Shown here: positions 1 through 8,695 of the stretch, in pieces
Layout of the letters: every line of letters begins with the position of its first letter
Numbering within the stretch: position 1 is the stretch's first letter
Source: an uncultured Thiothrix sp.
Lineage (GTDB): Bacteria > Pseudomonadota > Gammaproteobacteria > Thiotrichales > Thiotrichaceae
DNA length: 64,000 nt
Assembly (NCBI GenBank): GCA_964498805.1
Contig: CAZCJE010000005.1
Location: 25,176 to 89,175 of the forward strand
Direction: 5' to 3'
The notes under the pieces: generated by a model
What the model was told of the DNA's origin: nothing
Databases searched by the model: none
The model's input: the letters and a program-made list of their open reading frames with translations, nothing else
Translations under genes and position numbers: made by a program

Positions 1-800
1 TCGACTTCCTGCAATAAAATACCGAATTCATCACCCCCTAAACGCGCCAGCACATCTCTTTTGGCATCAATTTCATTTTTAAGAATTTGGGCAATACGCT
101 TGATAAGTTCATCGCCAGCACTATGCCCCATGGTGTCATTCACCACTTTGAACTGATCCATACCAATCAGGCAAAACGAATGCTTGACGCCGTGCTGACG
201 TACCTGATCAATCGCTACTTTTAGGCGCACTTCAAAACCTTTGCGATTTAAAAGTGAGGTGTGTGGATCATGCAGTTCCAGATATTCAAGACGCACTTGC
301 AAAGCTTGCAATTCAGTCTGATCACGCAATAGCAACAGATAATAAAACTGGTTGGAATTATCTACATACTGTACTGGCTGCACAGTATAGTTAACAGGTA
401 ATTCGTTTAGATGAGGGGTATTCAATAAAGCCCTTTGCACACTAGAACGATCACTGCTTTTAGCTTTATCCAGCCAAGGCAATGGATTTTGCATCACTGT
501 ATCTAGCAGGGAGAATAAATCGGTATAAGGCCTACCGCGTGCTGTGCGCATTTTATATTTGAGAATCTTTTCAGCGGTAGGATTGATAAAATCAATCCTA
601 CCTTGACTATCCACCAAAACAGCAGCTTCCTGAACATCAGCCAAGGCAGAAACCAACATATTCTGTTGTACTAACCGTAACTGTTGCTGGGATTTTTGCT
701 TAAAATAGTAGAAAAATACCGCTAAAGCCGTCAGCAATGCGCCTGCTAACAGACTAATCTGTTCTGTGGTAGAAAACGCATGATCAAGAAGATTCACCAC
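1..800 (-). CDS. Membrane-anchored PAS + GGDEF diguanylate cyclase-type protein, truncated at the left window edge (absent from the ORF track)
   Basis: Manual minus-strand translation from GTG at 800: TM segment (ISLLAGALLTALAVFFYYF), PAS-like VLVDSQGRIDFINPTAEKIL, then DQFKVVNDTMGHSAGDELI and VLARLGGDEFGILL. No stop before base 1. Start could be 800 or 803. Confidence 0.88.
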   Translation of the reverse strand, partial: MVNLLDHAFSTTEQISLLAGALLTALAVFFYYFKQKSQQQLRLVQQNMLVSALADVQEAAVLVDSQGRIDFINPTAEKILKYKMRTARGRPYTDLFSLLDTVMQNPLPWLDKAKSSDRSSVQRALLNTPHLNELPVNYTVQPVQYVDNSNQFYYLLLLRDQTELQALQVRLEYLELHDPHTSLLNRKGFEVRLKVAIDQVRQHGVKHSFCLIGMDQFKVVNDTMGHSAGDELIKRIAQILKNEIDAKRDVLARLGGDEFGILLQEV

Positions 801-938
801 CAAAGCCTCGGACACCTTTTATATTTATTAGATAAGCTGTCAAGTTACGGTGTGCATAATAGGGCATCGTTACCATTACTGTATAGTTTTAACGAGTAAC
901 GGTTAGGATACAGGGTCTAACTGAGGGTCATGCACAAG

Positions 939-971
939 AAATCAACTCTGCTTGATTAGCAGAGTTGATTT
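939..971 (-). terminator. Probable intrinsic terminator of the rpsP-rimM-trmD-rplS operon
   Basis: Perfect 13-bp inverted repeat AAATCAACTCTGC-N7-GCAGAGTTGATTT about 80 nt downstream of the rplS stop, followed by TTTCTT on the minus strand. Confidence 0.65.
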
Positions 972-1049
972 ATAGACTTACTCACGATGTGCTTAAACCA
1001 ACTATCCAACCAAGAGGGAGCTGGCTTAGCAAACGTGAAAGAAAAAAGC

Positions 1050-1394
1050 TTATACTTTTTCCTTGATACGAGCCGCTTTACCCGTGCGGCCACGCAGATA
1101 GTACAGCTTGGCACGACGGACATCACCGCTACGTTTAACTTCAATACTAGCGATGCTGTTGCTGTAAGTCTGGAACACACGCTCCACACCTTCGCCGTAA
1201 GAGATTTTGCGAACAGTGAAAGCAGAATGCAAACCACGATTACGCTTGGCAATAACTACCCCTTCGTAAGCCTGTTGGCGTTCTTTGTCACCTTCTTTAA
1301 CACGTACCTGAACTACAACAGTATCCCCTGGGTTAAAGTTAGGGATAGTTTTGGCCATCTGCTCTTGTTCAAGCTGTTGAATAATCGCGTTCAT
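1050..1394 (-). CDS. rplS: 50S ribosomal protein L19
   Basis: [30 protein letters not shown]...[20 protein letters not shown]; operon position. Confidence 0.98.
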   Translation of the reverse strand: MNAIIQQLEQEQMAKTIPNFNPGDTVVVQVRVKEGDKERQQAYEGVVIAKRNRGLHSAFTVRKISYGEGVERVFQTYSNSIASIEVKRSGDVRRAKLYYLRGRTGKAARIKEKV

Positions 1395-1405
1395 ACATAA
1401 TTCCT

Positions 1406-2161
1406 CTACTGAAGCGGGTCGCTTCTTTCAAACTCGTTTATATACTCGTTGAGCAACACACGTTCGCTCTTGGTCAGTTGCCGGTTTTGCAACAGCTCGG
1501 GCCTGCGCTGCCATGTTCTGCCTAAAGCCTGCTTTTTACGCCAGCGGGCAATTTCCGCATGATTACCACTTTTAAGAACCGGTGGAATGCTTAATTCTTC
1601 CAACTCTTCGGGCCGTGTATAATGCGGACAATCCAATAATCCTTCATAAAAGGAGTCTTGGGCTGCAGACTCATGATGGCCAAGGGCTCCCGGTTGCTGG
1701 CGGGTAATGGCATCTATCAGTACCATGGCACCTAATTCGCCGCCACTTAAGACGTAATCACCAATGGAGCACTCTAAATCAACTTCCAATTCGATGACAC
1801 GCTCATCAATGCCTTCATAGCGACCGCACAACAGGATTAACTCGCTCTCTACAGCCAGCTGCTTGACCAATGGCTGATTGAGTGGTTTACCTTGTGGACT
1901 CAGATAGATGACTTTACCGGTATTAACTTGCCGCACAGAACGGATAGCTTTTAACAAGCAATCGGCTTTCATTACCATGCCTGGTCCACCGCCATAAGGC
2001 CGGTCATCGACTGTCCGATGGACATCTGTGGCATAATCACGTGGATTCCAGCAATGCAGAGAAATCAGTCCCCGTTCTGCTGCTCTACCCGTGATACCAC
2101 TTTCAATGACAGCACCCACGAGTTCAGGGAACAGGGTCACGACATCAAAACGCAGGCTCAT
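1406..2161 (-). CDS. trmD: tRNA (guanine-N1)-methyltransferase
   Basis: [48 protein letters not shown] motifs. Confidence 0.98.
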   Translation of the reverse strand: MSLRFDVVTLFPELVGAVIESGITGRAAERGLISLHCWNPRDYATDVHRTVDDRPYGGGPGMVMKADCLLKAIRSVRQVNTGKVIYLSPQGKPLNQPLVKQLAVESELILLCGRYEGIDERVIELEVDLECSIGDYVLSGGELGAMVLIDAITRQQPGALGHHESAAQDSFYEGLLDCPHYTRPEELEELSIPPVLKSGNHAEIARWRKKQALGRTWQRRPELLQNRQLTKSERVLLNEYINEFERSDPLQ

Positions 2162-2163
2162 GG

Positions 2164-2670
2164 CTAAAAATCAGGATCCCAGTTGACGATAATCTGCCCA
2201 TTAGCTAGATCAACGCTAACAATTACATCGTCCATAATCCAAGGTATTAGGCGTTCACGCTCACCCTGCACCACCATCACATCATTAGAACCGGTTTCAA
2301 ACAAAGACTGTACCCGTCCACACCGGAATCCTAGAGTCGTGATGACTTCCATTTCCAGCAAATCAGCCCAGTAGTACTCATTCTGACGCAAAGGCTTCAA
2401 CTGGTGATGTTCAATGGCAATAGTAGCACCGACTAATGCTTGTGCCTGATCACGGTCATCAACACCGTCGAGCTGGGCAATAATGGCTTTACCCTGCACT
2501 TGACCATTTTTAACCGTATAAGTTTTCCATTGACCGCCAACTTGCAGCCACCACGGGCTATAACCCAGAATACTGTCACGTTGCTCGGTATGGGAAAAAA
2601 CCTTGACCCAGCCTTTCACTCCAAATACACCAGAAATTTTTCCCAATGTAAGTAGATTGGGCTGGGACAT
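2164..2670 (-). CDS. rimM: Ribosome maturation factor RimM
   Basis: [38 protein letters not shown]; between rpsP and trmD. Confidence 0.97.
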   Translation of the reverse strand: MSQPNLLTLGKISGVFGVKGWVKVFSHTEQRDSILGYSPWWLQVGGQWKTYTVKNGQVQGKAIIAQLDGVDDRDQAQALVGATIAIEHHQLKPLRQNEYYWADLLEMEVITTLGFRCGRVQSLFETGSNDVMVVQGERERLIPWIMDDVIVSVDLANGQIIVNWDPDF

Positions 2671-2674
2671 ATCT

Positions 2675-2929
2675 TTAGACCGCTGCAGTTTCAGCCGTTT
2701 CTTTCAACAGCTTGGCAACGCGATCAGTAGGCTGAGCGCCGCAGCCAATCCAGTAGGCAACGCGGTCTTGCTCAACGTGCAAACGTACTTCCTGACCACG
2801 AGCTACCGGGTTGAAGTAACCAATACGTTCAATATATCCACTATCACGTGGTTTACGCTTATCACTGACAACAATGTGATAAAAGGGGCGTTTTTTCGCA
2901 CCACCTCTAGCCAAACGGATATTAACCAT
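2675..2929 (-). CDS. rpsP: 30S ribosomal protein S16
   Basis: [41 protein letters not shown]. Confidence 0.98.
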   Translation of the reverse strand: MVNIRLARGGAKKRPFYHIVVSDKRKPRDSGYIERIGYFNPVARGQEVRLHVEQDRVAYWIGCGAQPTDRVAKLLKETAETAAV

Positions 2930-2993
2930 TGCACAACCTTAAAATAATTTAGTTAACTTGGAGCAAAGTCACCAGCCCCAAAATAAACGCGCA

Positions 2994-3021
2994 ATTCTAC
3001 GTTAATTTCAGAAAAAGTGAA
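2994..3021 (-). promoter_or_regulatory. Candidate sigma70 promoter for the rpsP operon
   Basis: Minus strand TTCACT-N16-TAGAAT about 65 nt upstream of rpsP and just downstream of the terminator at 3046-3071. Consensus match only. Confidence 0.35.
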
Positions 3022-3045
3022 GTACTGATTAACCTGCTCGTCAAG

Positions 3046-3071
3046 AAAAAGACCTCCATTTTGGAGGTCTT
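3046..3071 (-). terminator. Intrinsic terminator downstream of the DUF1287 gene
   Basis: AAGACCTCCA-N3-TGGAGGTCTT stem followed by a T-run on the minus strand. Confidence 0.75.
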
Positions 3072-3119
3072 ACTGTCTTTAATGCGTTCGTTGCCCAAAT
3101 ATTAAGTTAACAAACCCAA

Positions 3120-3836
3120 CTAGTTGCTTCTAGAGGATAAGCCACCAGGCATATATCGGTAGTGCCCCGTGATAGGCATGGTAAACAGAACATCTTCCAG
3201 TTTTTCACCCTCTCCGATATTGTGCACAATCAAATGACGGTTAGGATCAACTGCTGATATGCGGTTTACCACTATACCGATATGCTCCTGATCTCCACCT
3301 AGACTCCATGTGACCAAATCGCCTGGACGATAATCACTTGGGTTATTAGTCACTGGCAGACGAGCCCCATGACGGGTAAAAAATGCTTTTAAGTTATGGA
3401 CCCGACGATGATCAATATTTGGGTCTGGTGCATCCAGTCCCCATTTCGCCAGATGCGGGTACGCATAAAAATTGTTAGCCATGTCTTCATGCACTAGACG
3501 CTGCAGATCTATGCCTAACTTACGGTAAGACCGAATAACCGTATCCGTACAAACCCCTATATTCGCAGGGACATCGCCATTGGGATATCCTATAGGCACA
3601 TAGCGACCATCATAGGTTACGCGATGGCGTAATCTATCCAAGGCGGCATAAGACAAACGATCAGGAACTGCTAAAGTCGTGCGTGCAGTACCGGAACGTT
3701 TCATAGGAGAAGATACGGCTTGCTCAGAAGATTTTTGCGTGGAACAGCCGGTGACCCCCAAAGCCAGAACACCCACAACCAAACCTGCTGACATACTCCA
3801 TTTAGCCATCACTGGCCTATTGAAAACACTACTCAT
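3120..3836 (-). CDS. DUF1287 (YijF-like) family lipoprotein, NlpC/P60-like Cys-His protein
   Basis: VTYDGRYVPIGYPNGDVPANIGVCTDTVIRSYR, DLQRLVHEDM, IDHRRVHNL, PGDLVTW, HIGIV, IVHNIG; lipobox-like VTGC. Start moved to 3836 (AGGAG upstream); the ORF track starts at 3869. Confidence 0.85.
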   Translation of the reverse strand: MSSVFNRPVMAKWSMSAGLVVGVLALGVTGCSTQKSSEQAVSSPMKRSGTARTTLAVPDRLSYAALDRLRHRVTYDGRYVPIGYPNGDVPANIGVCTDTVIRSYRKLGIDLQRLVHEDMANNFYAYPHLAKWGLDAPDPNIDHRRVHNLKAFFTRHGARLPVTNNPSDYRPGDLVTWSLGGDQEHIGIVVNRISAVDPNRHLIVHNIGEGEKLEDVLFTMPITGHYRYMPGGLSSRSN

Positions 3837-3904
3837 TGACCCGCTCCTGTTGCTACAACAGAACATCAATCACACTATTTACCTTTTTAATTAAGGCTTA
3901 TAAT

Positions 3905-3948
3905 AAAAAATTAAAATAATCGAGGCTGCCCAGAGGGTACAGCCCCGA
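3905..3948 (-). terminator. Probable intrinsic terminator downstream of the 415-aa exported protein
   Basis: TCGGGGCTG...CAGCCTCGA stem then TTATTTTAATTTTTT on the minus strand. Confidence 0.55.
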
Positions 3949-3962
3949 AAGAGTACCTACGC

Positions 3963-5210
3963 TTAATAAGTAGGGCAATCAGAGACGAACGGTTGCTTGA
4001 TAATTCCCCAACGATGAGCCAGTGGAGCATGCGGGTCTGATACTAAAGAACCAGCTTCTACATTTTGGCGCAATTCACGTAAAGACATATAGTAGTTAGG
4101 CTGCCCATCATCTACCAATGTCATTTGCACCTGACAGAAATCATTGAGGAATTTCATTTCTTGTGGCGGTGGTTCATCATTAGAGAATACGGCTTTAGCC
4201 CAACGTGCCGGTTGTGAACGTGGATCAAAGCGACCTACACGGTCCAAATGACGGCGAATGGAATCAAAGAACAAGTGTAAGCGTTTGTCGCGACCTGGGG
4301 TTGAGTGATCATTGTATTCTTTAGCGTTCATACAATGACGACCTTCATTGCGAATTTTTTGCAGATACCATAAAGCATCATACACGTACACACTGCGGTC
4401 ATTAGCGTACATACATAAGGCTAATAACAAACGTTGAGTTTTTTCATCCGGGCTTTCTACCCGTTTACCCAATTTTTTGGAAATAACATCAGTAAACGCC
4501 ACATAGTCTAATTGCACACCAGCAGCTACTTGGAACTGTTCTTCACTATAGCCTGGCTGTTGATTAGCAGGCTTCATAACATTTTGAGGTTGCTTGAAAC
4601 GTCTGTAGCCATCACCGAAACGTTTATCTTCTGGTACATAAAATGGGAAAGAAGGGGTACGTAACAAATAACGAGCCTGTTTAGGCGTGGTTGAGGCCAT
4701 AACCTCAGCAATACCAGTGTCGGTTACGTTTACAATCTGATAGGAATGCACACCCGGAGCCACATAAATATCACCCGGCTTAATGTCATTCAGCGCAATC
4801 GGGTAAGTATCATTACGTAAAGACTCACTACTGGTCATATCAGCAACATAATTCATGAACTGACGGACACGTTGTGGAGGTGAAAGGTTATCCCAAGTGG
4901 ACATAGAATTGCTGATAATTTTACCAGCTTTGTCACGATTATTGATAACAAAAGGTAAGCGGTTTTCGAAGGAGAAAACAAGGCGCATGGCATAAACTGC
5001 ATCGGCACAATCGTTTTCAAATTCGTAGTAAATAGGTTTGGAAGGATCCATGAAAATATCATCTTTCCAGTTAGTCCGTACCCAATCGCGGTAGCGTCCT
5101 TCCCAAACATCATCCCAAACATTCTCGTTAGGCCATACTTCTGCTGATGCAGTCATGGGGAGAATCACCATGCTCAACAGAAATAGCACCGAGGCAATCA
5201 ACTTTTTCAT
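3963..5210 (-). CDS. Exported hypothetical protein, putative papain/NlpC-P60-like cysteine hydrolase
   Basis: Sec signal peptide (MKKLIASVLFLLSMVILPMTASA). ENDCADAVY and IKPGDIYVAPGVHSYQIV resemble the Cys and PGD...His elements of NlpC/P60-like folds. The function is inference. Confidence 0.6.
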   Translation of the reverse strand: MKKLIASVLFLLSMVILPMTASAEVWPNENVWDDVWEGRYRDWVRTNWKDDIFMDPSKPIYYEFENDCADAVYAMRLVFSFENRLPFVINNRDKAGKIISNSMSTWDNLSPPQRVRQFMNYVADMTSSESLRNDTYPIALNDIKPGDIYVAPGVHSYQIVNVTDTGIAEVMASTTPKQARYLLRTPSFPFYVPEDKRFGDGYRRFKQPQNVMKPANQQPGYSEEQFQVAAGVQLDYVAFTDVISKKLGKRVESPDEKTQRLLLALCMYANDRSVYVYDALWYLQKIRNEGRHCMNAKEYNDHSTPGRDKRLHLFFDSIRRHLDRVGRFDPRSQPARWAKAVFSNDEPPPQEMKFLNDFCQVQMTLVDDGQPNYYMSLRELRQNVEAGSLVSDPHAPLAHRWGIIKQPFVSDCPTY

Positions 5211-5363
5211 GAAACTTGCACTTGATGTAGTTAAATTACTAGAAGAATATCTACTGGTAGCGAACTTGCCACCTACTGTGACTTCAGACCCGCCCTAGTC
5301 CGACACTCTGTCCATAAGTTTTCAAAGTCACCTAGAGTAGATTGCCTTATCGATAATTTCAAT

Positions 5364-5393
5364 AAAAAAAGCCCAGTCATGAATGATCTGGGC
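5364..5393 (-). terminator. Intrinsic terminator of lipoprotein A
   Basis: GCCCAGATCAT-TC-ATGACTGGGC then TTTTTTT on the minus strand. Confidence 0.8.
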
Positions 5394-5458
5394 ATAGATT
5401 CAATTTTTGAGAAAACTACCGTTTAAGTTTAACAGCATGAATTCTTATCAAAACTTGA

Positions 5459-5860
5459 TTATTTCTGCTGATATTGTTGCATTAACTGCTGAGATTTTTT
5501 ATCCATGCTCACAGGACCTTTATATTTGCCTTTGGCTTTGACCTGTGGAACAGCCGGACCTTTACCCTGACCGCCGCCGACATGAGGTACGCCACCTTTG
5601 CAACCATAAGCATGTTTATGGTTAGGATCTTTAGTTGGGTGGGTGTGGGTTACAGAGTTGGTGCAACCAGGAATAGCAGGATGTGAATGAGAGCCAGCGA
5701 CAGCATTAGTGCTAGGCGCTTTAGTATCAGTGGTTTTGGTTTCTGGCGCAGCTGTTTGTTGTTGGCTAGCACCTGCAGTTTGTTGCATTTGCTGACAGCC
5801 TGTTGCCAATAAACCAGCCACCAGCAGAGCTGCCAGTGTGAGTGGGGTTTTGATTTTCAT
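5459..5860 (-). CDS. Small lipoprotein, paralog A (His/Cys-rich linker, conserved VKAKGKYKGPV tail)
   Basis: Lipobox LLATGC after a signal peptide (MKIKTPLTLAALLVAG), Q-rich segment, HSHP...C...HTHP...HKH...C, tail VPQVKAKGKYKGPVSMDKKSQQLMQQYQQK. Start set at 5860 by analogy with the paralogs. Confidence 0.85.
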   Translation of the reverse strand: MKIKTPLTLAALLVAGLLATGCQQMQQTAGASQQQTAAPETKTTDTKAPSTNAVAGSHSHPAIPGCTNSVTHTHPTKDPNHKHAYGCKGGVPHVGGGQGKGPAVPQVKAKGKYKGPVSMDKKSQQLMQQYQQK

Positions 5861-6052
5861 CGTCTTGATCTCTTTCATTTGTTGTTTAAGGGAAGCATTC
5901 ACAAGGGTAGCTAAACAAACGTTTTTGAACGTCTTTTTACAGATCCCCTAATAAACTCAGTTAAGAATATACACAAAAAGCGGATCGATGTAACCAGTAT
6001 TAATCAAGAAGTCAAGATACTTTTATAAAACAAGATTGTTCTTTCTATCCAT

Positions 6053-6086
6053 AAAAAAACCCCTATCTAATTAAGATAAGGGTTTT
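6053..6086 (-). terminator. Intrinsic terminator of lipoprotein B
   Basis: AAAACCCTTATCT...AGATAGGGGTTTTTTT hairpin plus T-run on the minus strand. Confidence 0.75.
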
Positions 6087-6103
6087 GCCATGATCAAATC
6101 AGA

Positions 6104-6445
6104 TTAGCGCTGATATTGCTGCATTACATCTTTAGATGACTGATCAATCTCGACCGGGCCTTTATAGTTGCCTTTGGCTTTAACCGGTGGAATTTTCACT
6201 GGCGGTGGTGGAGGTGGACGTTTAACAGGCGGACGAGCTACTGGTGGTGGCGCAGGTGGCTGTGGAGTAACAGGAGCCGGTACTACAGGCTTAGGCTGTT
6301 CGCAAGGTGGACAAGCTTGCTGTTGAGAAGTTTGTTGACTGCCAGTCACTTGCTGGCTGCCTGCTGACTGTTGTTGACTACAACCTGCTGTGGACAAGCC
6401 GATACATATTAACGTTCCAAGTATCAGTTTGGACTTTAATTCCAT
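6104..6445 (-). CDS. Small lipoprotein, paralog B (Pro-rich linker, conserved tail)
   Basis: Lipobox STAGC, SQQQ segment, CPPC and a poly-Pro linker, tail IPPVKAKGNYKGPVEIDQSSKDVMQQYQR. Start 6445 has GAGG upstream. Confidence 0.85.
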   Translation of the reverse strand: MELKSKLILGTLICIGLSTAGCSQQQSAGSQQVTGSQQTSQQQACPPCEQPKPVVPAPVTPQPPAPPPVARPPVKRPPPPPPVKIPPVKAKGNYKGPVEIDQSSKDVMQQYQR

Positions 6446-6591
6446 GGCATTAGCCTCGTTCATTGTCTTAAAGATTAGGAATATAGTTAAGTGCAGCCAA
6501 AGATTACTCGTCTCTTAGGGCTCACCCCTAAATATTTAGTACAAAATCTTCATAAAAACCGATTAGCGGGCTAGATTCGTTCTACTAGGTC

Positions 6592-6624
6592 AAAAAAAAG
6601 CCCTTAGCATAAGCTTAAGGGCTT
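6592..6624 (-). terminator. Intrinsic terminator of lipoprotein C
   Basis: AAGCCCTTAAG...CTAAGGGCTTTTTTTT on the minus strand. Confidence 0.8.
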
Positions 6625-6668
6625 GTTTGATTAATAAGCCCTCATTCAAAAGGGCTTGTCAATCAGAA

Positions 6669-6965
6669 TTAGCGCTGATAACGCTGCAGAGTTGCTTTGG
6701 AAGCTGGGTCCATAGTAACTGGGCCTTTGTATTTACCTTTGGCTTTAACCTGAGGTACTTGAGGCGCTGGTGCTACTGGACGACGTGGAGCTGGAGCTGG
6801 AGCAACTGGAGCTGGAGCAACTGGAGCTGGATTAGCAGCTGGAGTTTCAGCTACTTGCTGACCAGTAGTCTGCTGGCTACCAGCAGCTTGTTGTTGGCTA
6901 CAACCAGTGGCCAGCAAACCTGCCAGCAACAAGCTGGCTACAGCGAATTGAGATTTCATTTTCAT
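6669..6965 (-). CDS. Small lipoprotein, paralog C (Pro/Ala linker, conserved tail)
   Basis: Lipobox LLATGC, SQQQAAGSQQ, PAPVAPAPVAPAPAP, tail VPQVKAKGKYKGPVTMDPASKATLQRYQR. Confidence 0.87.
   Translation of the reverse strand: MKMKSQFAVASLLLAGLLATGCSQQQAAGSQQTTGQQVAETPAANPAPVAPAPVAPAPAPRRPVAPAPQVPQVKAKGKYKGPVTMDPASKATLQRYQR
6786..6830. repeat. Coding tandem repeat, 15-nt unit TGGAGCTGGAGCAAC (about 2.6 copies plus 6-nt subunits)
   Basis: Read directly at 6792-6806, 6807-6821 and partially 6822-6830; encodes the VAPAP repeats of lipoprotein C. Confidence 0.85.
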
Positions 6966-7191
6966 AGTTCAAACTCTCTCACGATTTAAGGAAAGGGAAT
7001 ACTTATCAGGACGGGCTGACACGGCCTAGATATTAAAATAAACTATATCCAGAAGTCGGCAAAATGCCCCACTCAGCCTTCTTCATAAATTTTCTGGACG
7101 TGCGCATCATACAACTAGATAAATCCACAGGCAAACGCCTCTCATCTTAAAAATGAAAGGTCGGCTAATTTTTCAGTAAAAAATACGTACA

Positions 7192-8574
7192 CTACCCTGG
7201 AAATCCACCCATCGGAGGAAAGCCACCACCCGGCGGAAGTTTACCTTTCAAATTACCCATCAGCTTACGTAAACCGCCCTTACTGAATTGCTTCATGGCC
7301 TTACTCATTTGCAGGTGTTGTTTTAACAAACGGTTGACATCCTGCACTTGTAGGCCACAACCGGCCGCAATACGCCGTTTGCGTGAAGCCTTAATAATGT
7401 CCGGATTACGTCTTTCTTCTAAGGTCATAGAATTGATAATGGCAATCATGCGCCGAATTTCTTTATCATTCGCTTGATCCTTAATATTCGCTGGCAAATT
7501 ACCTGCGCCTGGTAATTTATCCAATAAACCGGCAATCCCCCCCATTTTGAGCATTTGCTGCATTTGATCGCGCAAATCTTCAAAATCAAACCCTTTGCCC
7601 TTGTTGAGCTTCTTAGCCAGCTGTTGAGCTTTTTTATGGTCAACCTTGCGCTGAGCCTCTTCAATCAGACTGAGAACATCACCCATGCCTAAGATACGCG
7701 AAGCCATACGATCTGGATGGAACGGTTCCAGCGCATCCAGTTTTTCGCCAACACCAATGAATTTGATAGGCTTACCGGTGATATGCCGCACTGACAATGC
7801 CGCCCCACCACGCGCATCACCATCGGCTTTGGTTAAAACCACACCCGTCAACGGTAAAGCATCGCCAAAAGCCTTTGCGGTATTAGCTGCATCTTGCCCA
7901 GTCATGCTATCGACAACGAACAAGGTTTCGATTGGCTTCACCGCTGCATGAATAGCCTGAATTTCGGCCATCATCTCAGCATCAACGTGTAAGCGACCTG
8001 CCGTATCGATAATCAACACATCGATATATTTGCGTTTAGCCTGATCTACTGCTGCTTTGGCAATATCAACTGGCTTTTGCGAGGTTTCACTTGCAAAGAA
8101 AATCGCCTCAGTTTGCCCCGCAATAGTTTCCAACTGCTTAATAGCTGCTGGACGATAAATGTCACAACTGGCAACCATCACGGTTTTATTCTGACGTTCT
8201 TTCAGAAAACGGGTCAGTTTACCAACCGTGGTGGTTTTCCCCGCCCCTTGCAAACCGGCCATCAGAATCACAGCGGGGGGTTGTGCATTCAAAGCTAGAC
8301 TTTCATTAGCCTGCCCCATGATCTGCACAAGTTCGTCATTGACCACCTTGATCAGCGCCTGACCTGGACTTAAGCTTTCCAGAACTTCCTGGCCAACTGC
8401 CCGTTCACGTACCCGGTTGGTGAATTCCCTGACAACAGGCAAGGCTACATCAGCTTCTAGTAAAGCCATGCGCACATCACGCAAAGTATCCTTAATATTG
8501 TCATCAGTCAGACGTGCCTGACCACGCAGTTTTTTTACCGTCTGGGATAGACGTTCACTTAAATTCTCAAACAT
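7192..8574 (-). CDS. ffh: Signal recognition particle protein Ffh
   Basis: MFENLSERL start (8574), GLQGAGKTTT, DTAGR, TKADGDARGGAALS, Met-rich M domain. Confidence 0.98.
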   Translation of the reverse strand: MFENLSERLSQTVKKLRGQARLTDDNIKDTLRDVRMALLEADVALPVVREFTNRVRERAVGQEVLESLSPGQALIKVVNDELVQIMGQANESLALNAQPPAVILMAGLQGAGKTTTVGKLTRFLKERQNKTVMVASCDIYRPAAIKQLETIAGQTEAIFFASETSQKPVDIAKAAVDQAKRKYIDVLIIDTAGRLHVDAEMMAEIQAIHAAVKPIETLFVVDSMTGQDAANTAKAFGDALPLTGVVLTKADGDARGGAALSVRHITGKPIKFIGVGEKLDALEPFHPDRMASRILGMGDVLSLIEEAQRKVDHKKAQQLAKKLNKGKGFDFEDLRDQMQQMLKMGGIAGLLDKLPGAGNLPANIKDQANDKEIRRMIAIINSMTLEERRNPDIIKASRKRRIAAGCGLQVQDVNRLLKQHLQMSKAMKQFSKGGLRKLMGNLKGKLPPGGGFPPMGGFPG

Positions 8575-8695
8575 GCTTGACTTCTTTCTAGTCCAATTCG
8601 AGCACAAGTTGCTATGATAGCATTAAAGTAAAAACGAATGCGTTCCCGTAAAGGGGCAGTTTAACCACCTGAGTATCAACACGAACGCTGCTTCA

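Noticed and set aside
987-1400. 137-aa plus-strand ORF (also 956..1252)
   Set aside because: Antisense or alternate-frame shadow of rplS with no independent features.
6627-6989. Plus-strand ORF with striking WSWSNWSWS repeats
   Set aside because: It is the reverse complement of the Pro-Ala repeat in lipoprotein C.
5860-7010. Shared TTCC(C)TTAAA-like word upstream of lipoprotein genes A and C
   Set aside because: Too short and AT-rich to distinguish from chance, and only loosely present upstream of B.
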